DNA from: Acanthaster planci
Lineage: Eukaryota
NCBI RefSeq assembly: GCF_001949145.1
Contig: NW_019091362.1
Coordinates: 2,611,838 to 2,653,174, forward strand
Length of the DNA: 41,337 bases
Reading direction: 5' to 3'
Under the pieces are notes generated by a model. That model saw nothing but the letters and a program-made list of their open reading frames with translations, searched no databases and was not told the DNA's origin. The position numbers were made by a program, and so were the translations under genes. Shown piece after piece: positions 35,401 through 41,337 of this stretch; positions within the stretch are counted from its first letter, which is position 1; every line of letters starts with the position of its first letter.

Positions 35401-38400
35401 CGATGTGCAACCGTATTTCAAAAAGCACAGCCAAATTAGACATCAATATTGTAGTTCAGACCTCTTACGACCAGCACAAGACCTCCAGTGTGAATTAAAC
35501 TCACAAACTTTTCAAATGAATTGCAACTAAATCCTTCCCCGTCACTGTTCACCATGTTACTTGTGAATGGTCTTGAGATGGTCTCGGCTACAACACTGAA
35601 AGATACTGCAGCTGTGTGTCTTTGCCATTCGTATTGATGCAGTGGAGATGCAGTGTATGACGAGATTGCATTCTGGGAGAGAGTTTTGGATGCCACTGAG
35701 CGAGACTTGATCTACAGTGATGATGACTTTGCTAACTCCAATGTGACCGTTAACATCACAGACTACCCTGATACCTGGAACCAAACTTGTAAGTCAACGT
35801 GTCATTGTCACCCAATGTCAAACCATGTCAGACACACTGAGTCACCAGAAAATATTTTTTTAGCCTGTGCCTGCTCAGGTATCTCAAACAAAAAAGATAT
35901 AATGATGTAAAACAATGTTCAAAATCAATCCCTTCACTAGGTTTTTTTTTCCAAAGGCATAAGACACCCGCTCAATTTCAAAGCCCACTAGCCTGTATGA
36001 GTACAACAATAGTTAAGACTATCATCTCCAGCTCAGCACACAGGTGATTCAAAAGGTGATAAATCTTCTATATTTTTGTAGTTACTGTGGATGCCCCTGA
36101 TATGACAACGGTGGTTTTAGAGACCGCTAGTGAAGAATCAACAACTGAAGAGGAGGGCATGACTACCATCAGGGCAGTTGTCCAACAGACTACATTCAGT
36201 GTAACCACACCTGATATTCCATCAACTAAAATCCCTACAACTAAACCAGATGTTCCCACGACCACAGCCACTGCAACCACAGATGTTCCCACGACCACAG
36301 CCACTGCAACCACAGATTTTCCCACGACCACAGCCACTGCAACCACAGATGTTCCCACGACTACAGCCACTGCAACCACAGATGTTCCCACGACCACAGC
36401 CACTGCGACCACAGATGTCCCCACAGCAGTGGAAACGGAGACAACAGCTGCAAGTCAAACATTGAGCAGAACTGGCAAATTAACTACAGATATTGCAACC
36501 ACCTCAGACATTTCCACAACCAGTATCAGTGCAACTACAGATATCCCAACAATAACTGACAGCCACACGACCAAATCTGCAACAGCTACAAAAGACAGTG
36601 GATCGTCTACTACCCAAATGGAAACATCAACCCAAATAGTGTCCAGCACTGGCAAAACATCATCCACAACTAATAAAGCAACAACTCCTAGAGAACCACA
36701 CAATTCACGAACAACTCAGAGGTTATCCACAACTGACAGCAAGAGCACAACCAGAGATCCACAAGTGATTCTAACATCCACACTGCATGCCGCAACAGCA
36801 GCAATAACCGATTTCAGTGACCAAGCCACAACAGCTTATACCGAGTCTCCCATTGAAGACTCAGTCCAAGCAGGTACTGTTAGTGGCTCAACTCCAGTGG
36901 ACCACACAGCCGATGCGGGAGTGACCCAAGTATCCACTAATGCCATTTCAACTCTCTCAGAAACTACTCTTGAGACTACCGTTCCTCAAACACATGGATC
37001 AACAGAAGTAGTTATTGTGGAAAACCCAGACTCTGGTACCTCAACTACTATCCCGAACTCTTGGTCCGCAGCAGAATCCACACACACTGAGTTAACAACA
37101 GTTTCCTCTGCATTAGAGACATTCACCCCAAATTCAGCACCATCTGATTTGCCCACACCAGCGGTTTCTTATTTGGAGACAGGTGCTGGGACAACTCTGG
37201 ATTTAACAGCAAAACAGACAAGGAAGGAAAGGACATTTAAAACAACAGACAGCGGGGTGTCAACGCTGTCTACGGTAGACAGTACTTCCATTGCACACAT
37301 AATCAGCCCATCAGTACCACTTACTCCATCTAAAGATTCTGCTAGTCAGACTATTTCAAGTTTACGAAATTTGGTAAGTTCAAATCTCAGATGTCAAACG
37401 AGATTCTGAACTGCTCTGTGAATTACTTGTAATTAAAATTAACTTTCAGACTGAGCTGCTCCATAAAGTACACATAGGACCTACTGAGGAACATTACATG
37501 TCTCAATGCTGGTGCATTAAAAACATGTTTTCTAGGATTGGTAACTTCGTAAAGGGGCATTGGTAATACCATTCCCTAACACATGTCATCAGAGTAGCTG
37601 AGTTGATTTCAAGATGTAGAAATACAAATTTTCAAGGAAACATTGAGAATATTTTGTGCTCTTCACAGCAGCTGGAAATTTATTTGAGCTTGGATTTCTC
37701 ATATCTAGTCAGTGGCAACTCAAAATGTCAGATTGTTTCTTCCGTAGATTCTGATGACATACCATTACTGTACATTATTCAGGTGAACACTACACTCCAG
37801 TCTGAGGGAAACATCAACAGCCAAACAGCAGCACTGCTTTTCAATTCGACGGCTGCATTGGCAGACTACAGCACAGTAGATGCAGATGATGGCAGTGTAT
37901 TGGCTGCCTCAGCGAAGGTCTACATTGAGCTGGCTAGCCTTCTTGTCAAGTCGTTTGATAATTACAGCGTGGAGGAGGCCACTGAAGTGGTTGCAGTAAG
38001 GTTTTGGGATTGCGGAATGAATTGGCACTGGTCACTCACTAAAACCAGTCCTAAAAAATTGTGATCATGCGACCCCGACTTCTCAGGACTGTCAAAGTGC
38101 ATGTAGGAATAAACCTTAATCCCCTCTGACCTAAAAGTCTACTTTTCTTACTTTATACCCTCCATTTTTATATTTCCATTTATAATGAAATTCACGGATT
38201 AAAATGTTACATTCAGGATTCTTTCCTCATCAGACATTGTGAGCCTCAGCCCGACTAAACTGTAACAATTAGCCTACAACTCCTCACTGAACTAAATGAA
38301 GGCACAGAATAGTAGTAAAATGAAATAATTTCCTAATCTCCATTGTGAATCCGATAAGAATACAGGAATCAACAGCTTTACACTACATATCAGAAAAACC

Positions 38401-40685
38401 TGTCCTGTAATATGCCAGACCCTTCCCGACCCCATATCAGAAACACTTCTGATTTCCAGCTATGTACCATTTCCAACTGTTTATCCCACCAGGCCTCTCT
38501 GAATGTGGTCGACAACTTAGTGAACCCTAAGAATACAGAGAAATGGTCATCTGTAAGTGTACTTGTTGATGCATTTCTGCTAACAAATAACATATTTAAA
38601 TGGAGTTATTATCTCTATCAGTGCAAATAAATATGTGCTGTACACTTAGCCCTGTCCAAGAACCTGTAAGGAGAGCAAAATTTCAGACACAAAAATAATT
38701 TTGGGATGTAAAAGTACAGTTCAATAATTTGTTGTACTCTCTGTTGCAGCCAGTCAAGCATTAGTTGTGCTTTTGTCTGTAAAAGTTATGAAATGTCTAC
38801 AGTGGCTGCTGGTTAAATCATGCCACCGATTTATTGGCCAAAGAAATATGAACATTTTGACAAAAATTCATTTAAAAAATTGGGATAGACAGGGAGTGAG
38901 TGCACATTCTTACTCTCTTTCAGGTTGGGTCAGATGTAGTAGCACAGATTACCCAAACAGCTGAGCTGATGGCTGTCAACTTAGCCAAGACAGCTAGCAA
39001 TGTTACTTCAGACTCCATTGTACTGGCTAGTGAGAACATCGGTATGAACGTCCGTGATCTTGCTACAGGAATTTATAACAGTGGATTAAACAGTTTTGCT
39101 GTCAATCGGTGCTGTTAGTTCTTTTCAGTTATATCAATCCAGTATGAGTGTTTTTGAAATTCGCCTCCAACAAAAAACAAATCCAACAACCAGCATGACA
39201 CACCGTACTCCAGTCACGTGTCTACTTTTCTTCTTCGTGACATTATTTACTCTTTTACATCAAGCAGCTCTAGACCTCAATCTGATGGGTTCCAAGTGGG
39301 TCAGTAGCTTCAACAATCAATGAAAGGAAATTTTTGGAATGACACGTTGACCCAGCCTTGTTCATAAATATACTACGGGATTAGGTTATTTGTACATAAT
39401 AGAATTCAGCAGATTTAGAAAGGGTCCCGATAACAAGGTCAGGTTTGTGCTTGTAGTATCATAAGAATCCCAATTCAAGACCTGCCATAATTATGGCAAG
39501 AATGTTAACCTATTTTAATTAGAGGTCATCTATGGTTACCTTTATTCAGTGACCGTCATAGACTTTCTACAGCTCACCAATGCATCGGCTGAGTACACAT
39601 TTCCCAAGATTGCTTCGGATCTGGACGGGGCTGCTTTTTCCATCCCACGAGCTGTGTTTGACACCCACGATGCCTCAGCTGTGGTCACGCTGCTCTACCA
39701 CACACTGGGGCCCCTGCTGCAGGACAAGATGGGGCCGGGGGAAGACACTGACAGCCAAGATGAAAATGAAGAGGAGATGGAAGTGGAAAGGTACTGTGGA
39801 AGAAAAGAAAAGATCCAAATATAGAATCGACCATGACAGGGTGATAGTGTGGGCAAAGGTCTTCAAAGGTCTCAAGAACTCAACGTGGCTTTCAGCTATC
39901 CATTGTTCCCCATCATTTATAATTAAGTATTTGCAAATAAAGTGAAGAGAACAAGAAACCTTTATTACTCCTCTGCTCTGCCCTCTGATGTCGACGTAGA
40001 TCAATTCAGAGGCACACTTTACTTTATAAAGGCAAGATATTCGAGTAGTACACAAGAGCTTTGTTTTACAGCAGTTATTTGACTTGCACTTGGAAAGTTC
40101 AACAGAAGGGTACTTTTTGAGTTAAGAAAGAAGTTTTTCTTGATGGAAGTGTTCTTCAGAGAGAAGTTTGACCTTTAAGGGTGGGCAGTGAGGTGCTTTT
40201 TAAGCTGCAGTGACAAAACACAGGGATGTTTGTATTCTTGACACAGTGAATCAGAGAATGAATTGACAAGGTCTGTGGTCGGCAGTAAGGTTATCTCTGT
40301 CACACTGGTACCACCCTTGAAGACCTCTTTGGAAAATGCCATCCAGTTTGGGTTTCATCTTGATCCAGAGGTAACTACAATCATAAGATTACTGTGATTT
40401 TTAAAATATCTGTCAGCTAACTTGTGAGGGTGGCAATGTACAGAAGGTTCACAAGAAAGTTCAAAGCACTGACATCTCTTTCCGTTGTTTTTAAAGAAGT
40501 CTCCGTTTATTACATTTCTATCTTTTATTCTGAAGAGTGTTTCTAAGGCCGATCCTTTTAGCTAACAGAAACAGTTACCATCTCACACTTTAAAGGAAAT
40601 TATTTTTGTCTTGTATGCAGTTATGGACCGCGCATGCACATGGGGAAACAGAAAAAATGTGCTCTTTCTGGAATTTCTCTCTGTC
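26464..40685 (+). CDS. Adhesion GPCR-type gene, extracellular region (signal peptide, CTLD, ADGRD1/GPR133-like pentraxin/LamG, mucin stalk, GAIN/GPS); 18 exons, 3' truncated by window
   Basis: All exons are bounded by GT-AG with matching phases and no in-frame stop. Motifs: FNGHCY, IWTGL, CVSNTSMCTNGFTLAFW, WTHIIMTF, VYVN, YDEIAFWERVL, VVDNLVNPKNTEKW, SENI, YHTLGPLL, GSKVISV, CSFWN. 7TM not visible. Confidence 0.88.
28954..29086. repeat. Imperfect CpG-rich inverted repeat just upstream of exon 2
   Basis: gaaaagg..ggcc..acgac..cgtcgttatgcatattatgcttcagaa pairs with ttctgagcata[ggccta]atatgcataagacg..gtcgt..ggcccttttc. Confidence 0.7.
29124..29190 (+). CDS. aGPCR exon 2: VSFLGWIMLGQLPTVEGSYLNQ (signal peptide part 2, likely cleavage VEG/S)
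   Basis: tctgtccag acceptor, gtaaga donor; phase 0 to 1. Confidence 0.8.
29870..30050 (+). CDS. aGPCR exon 3: C-type lectin-like domain, N-part
   Basis: GCISSGEVQGQSFNGHCYF...QRCSVFGGAMLFWTNREELLFF; cttctgcag / gtaagt; phase 1 to 2. Confidence 0.88.
30397..30510 (+). CDS. aGPCR exon 4: CTLD middle (IWTGL...WSWYD)
   Basis: ttttctgcag / gtaagt; phase 2 to 2; WIGL-type motif. Confidence 0.88.
30917..31062 (+). CDS. aGPCR exon 5: CTLD C-part (PGFDNFQNL...EYVGCRMRQ)
   Basis: acatag / gtgagt; phase 2 to 1; terminal Cys. Confidence 0.8.
31331..31404 (+). CDS. aGPCR exon 6: start of pentraxin/LamG (VSQTYTHAFLYFTLDFVYVRAYESY)
   Basis: Donor gtaagt at 31405; requires an AAG acceptor; supplies the needed phase 1 to 0 bridge; YFTLD parallels the YWPLE-type first strand. 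Confidence 0.6.
31780..31918 (+). CDS. aGPCR exon 7: pentraxin/LamG (TTGVVG...SPLYFGDFG)
   Basis: ttttgtctacag / gtacat; phase 0 to 1. Confidence 0.8.
32512..32616 (+). CDS. aGPCR exon 8: GTCVSNTSMCTNGFTLAFWFNL...YYMDT
   Basis: ttttgacctag / gtagat; phase 1 to 1; CxSxxxxCxxGFT motif of GPR133-type pentraxin domains. Confidence 0.88.
32931..33610. repeat. (ACAG)n microsatellite spanning an assembly gap (N at 32942-33597)
   Basis: acagacagaca precedes and acagacagacaga follows the N run. Confidence 0.75.
33832..34128. mobile_element. PIF/Harbinger-like MITE
   Basis: cag|ggcccaatttcacagagc ... gtgccgtgaaagtgggcc|cag; 3-bp CAG TSD; internal gctaa/ttagc repeats. Confidence 0.75.
34220..34381 (+). 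CDS. aGPCR exon 9: GAKDGDYGLAVY...KQWTHIIMTFDSG
   Basis: gaacag acceptor; donor A|gtaatt (in-frame alternative G|gtcgtg after 34390); phase 1 to 1; WTH motif. Confidence 0.88.
34758..34863 (+). CDS. aGPCR exon 10: VDVYVNK...SFLVGLG
   Basis: ttttctttactag / gtaggt; phase 1 to 2. Confidence 0.85.
35199..35355. mobile_element. hAT-like MITE with perfect 8-bp TSD
   Basis: tctcttat|caggcccagtgccaag ... ctggcgacagggctg|tctcttat. Confidence 0.85.
35643..35788 (+). CDS. aGPCR exon 11: GDAVYDEIAFWERVLDATE... (end of pentraxin/LamG)
   Basis: gatgcag / gtaagt; phase 2 to 1. Confidence 0.88.
36082..37373 (+). CDS. aGPCR exon 12: ~430-aa Thr/Ser-rich mucin-like stalk
   Basis: tatttttgtag / gtaagt; phase 1 to 0; matches the 440-aa ORF in the track. 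Confidence 0.92.
36249..36425 (+). repeat. Coding 33-bp tandem repeat (DVPTTTATATT x5 plus partial)
   Basis: Units start at 36249, 36282, 36315, 36348, 36381, 36414; nearly identical. Confidence 0.95.
37783..37995 (+). CDS. aGPCR exon 13: GAIN subdomain A helices
   Basis: cattattcag / gtaagg; 71 codons; phase 0 to 0. Confidence 0.85.
38493..38552 (+). CDS. aGPCR exon 14: ASLNVVDNLVNPKNTEKWSS
   Basis: cccaccag / gtaagt; phase 0 to 0; VDNL...N...W GAIN-A motif. Confidence 0.88.
38924..39041 (+). CDS. aGPCR exon 15: VGSDVVAQ...IVLASENI
   Basis: ctctctttcag / gtatga; phase 0 to 1. Confidence 0.88.
39523..39790 (+). CDS. aGPCR exon 16: GAIN subdomain B (YTFP...FSIPRAVF...LYHTLGPLL plus acidic loop)
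   Basis: Acceptor ttttaattag (in-frame alternative start at 39550 after tttattcag); donor AG|gtactg; phase 1 to 2. Confidence 0.85.
40247..40370 (+). CDS. aGPCR exon 17: ...SVVGSKVISVTLVPPLKTSLENAIQFGFHLDPE
   Basis: ttgacacag / gtaact; phase 2 to 0; SxVIS...V/I.F.F.H GAIN-B pattern. Confidence 0.88.
40621..40685 (+). CDS. aGPCR exon 18: LWTAHAHGETEKMCSFWNFSL (first half of GPS motif)
   Basis: ttgtatgcag / gtaagt; phase 0 to 2; CxFW motif. Confidence 0.88.
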
Positions 40686-40819
40686 GTAAGTTTTCCTCCT
40701 TTGGGTTTAAATTGAAACTAAAATGGAAGTGAGAGTTGTTTAAAAGGAGTACAAAAGAGTAAGTAATATGTTGATAATGGATTTTCAAATTTGGCACTTG
40801 TGTAACCATGCTGTGGCAT

Positions 40820-41337
40820 GAATGCTCCATCACTGTGACAAGGGAGGCAACGGTGCAGTTCACAATGCACGCACCGTCACAGTGACAAGGGATGAGTGAC
40901 ACAGAATGAGTGCACCGTCACAGTGACAAGGGATGAGTGACACAAAATGAGTGTGCTGTCACAGTGATGAGTGGATGCAACAGTGTGGTACAGAACGAGT
41001 GTGCCGTCACAGTAATGAGGAATGCAACAGTGCGGTACAGAATGAGTGGGCCGTCACAATGACAAGTGGATGAGTGCACCATCACAGTGACCAGTGGTTG
41101 CAACAGTGTGGTACAGAATGAGTGTCCCGTCACAGTGACAAGGAATGCAACAGTGCGATACAGAATGAGTGGGCCGTCATAGTGATGAGGAATGCAATAG
41201 TGCAGTATAGAATGAGTGTGCCGTCATAGTGATGAGGAATGCAACAGTGCGATACAGAATGAGTGTGCCGTCATAGTGATGAGGAATGCAACAGTGCGGT
41301 ACAGAATGAGTACGCCGTCACAGTGACCAGTGGATGC
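40820..41337. repeat. Intronic minisatellite, main unit 47 bp with 41-bp variants, runs off window end
   Basis: ccgtca(c/t)agtgatgaggaatgcaacagtgcg(g/a)tacagaatgagtgtg repeats (41221 and 41268); gcaccgtcac at 40871 and 40912. Confidence 0.92.

Noticed and set aside
36068..36703. Repetitive ORFs (GTSVVAVAVVV, CGCSGCGRG, MFPRPQPLQPQ), one metallothionein-like
   Set aside because: Antisense and alternative-frame shadows of the 33-bp mucin repeat.
40820..41337. CRISPR-like periodicity and ORFs 40621-40902 and 40918-41133
   Set aside because: Contiguous tandem units with no unique spacers, eukaryotic intron context, no cas genes.

Overview
Eukaryotic, intron-rich, AT-rich DNA that looks like an invertebrate animal genome, with one 656-nt assembly gap. 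Two genes lie head-to-head around a CpG-rich interval at about 24.9-26.45 kb. (1) On the + strand, 26464 to beyond the window end, is an adhesion-GPCR-type gene. I reconstructed 18 phase-consistent exons (about 1,130 aa): signal peptide, degenerate C-type lectin domain, ADGRD1/GPR133-type pentraxin/LamG domain, ~430-aa Thr/Ser mucin stalk, and a GAIN domain up to the first half of the GPS motif. The 7TM region is not in the window. (2) On the - strand, from about 25.26 kb to beyond position 1, is the 5' end of a large-intron gene. Its first coding exon (14934-15110) resembles the N-terminus of neuron navigator NAV2/3 and follows a uORF-rich leader. Introns carry several MITEs (hAT-, Harbinger-, Ginger- and piggyBac-like), long hairpins and tandem repeats. 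The most striking unexplained signal is a family of TA-flanked palindromic octamers (TACATGTA about 30x, TACCGGTA 9x, TAGGCCTA 5x, manual counts). They chain through shared TA dinucleotides, appear twice as 6-bp insertions in older inverted repeats, and look like Tc1/mariner excision footprints; TACATGTA is confined to the minus-strand gene. Most ORFs in the supplied track appear non-coding. All family assignments come from motif recognition, not database searches.
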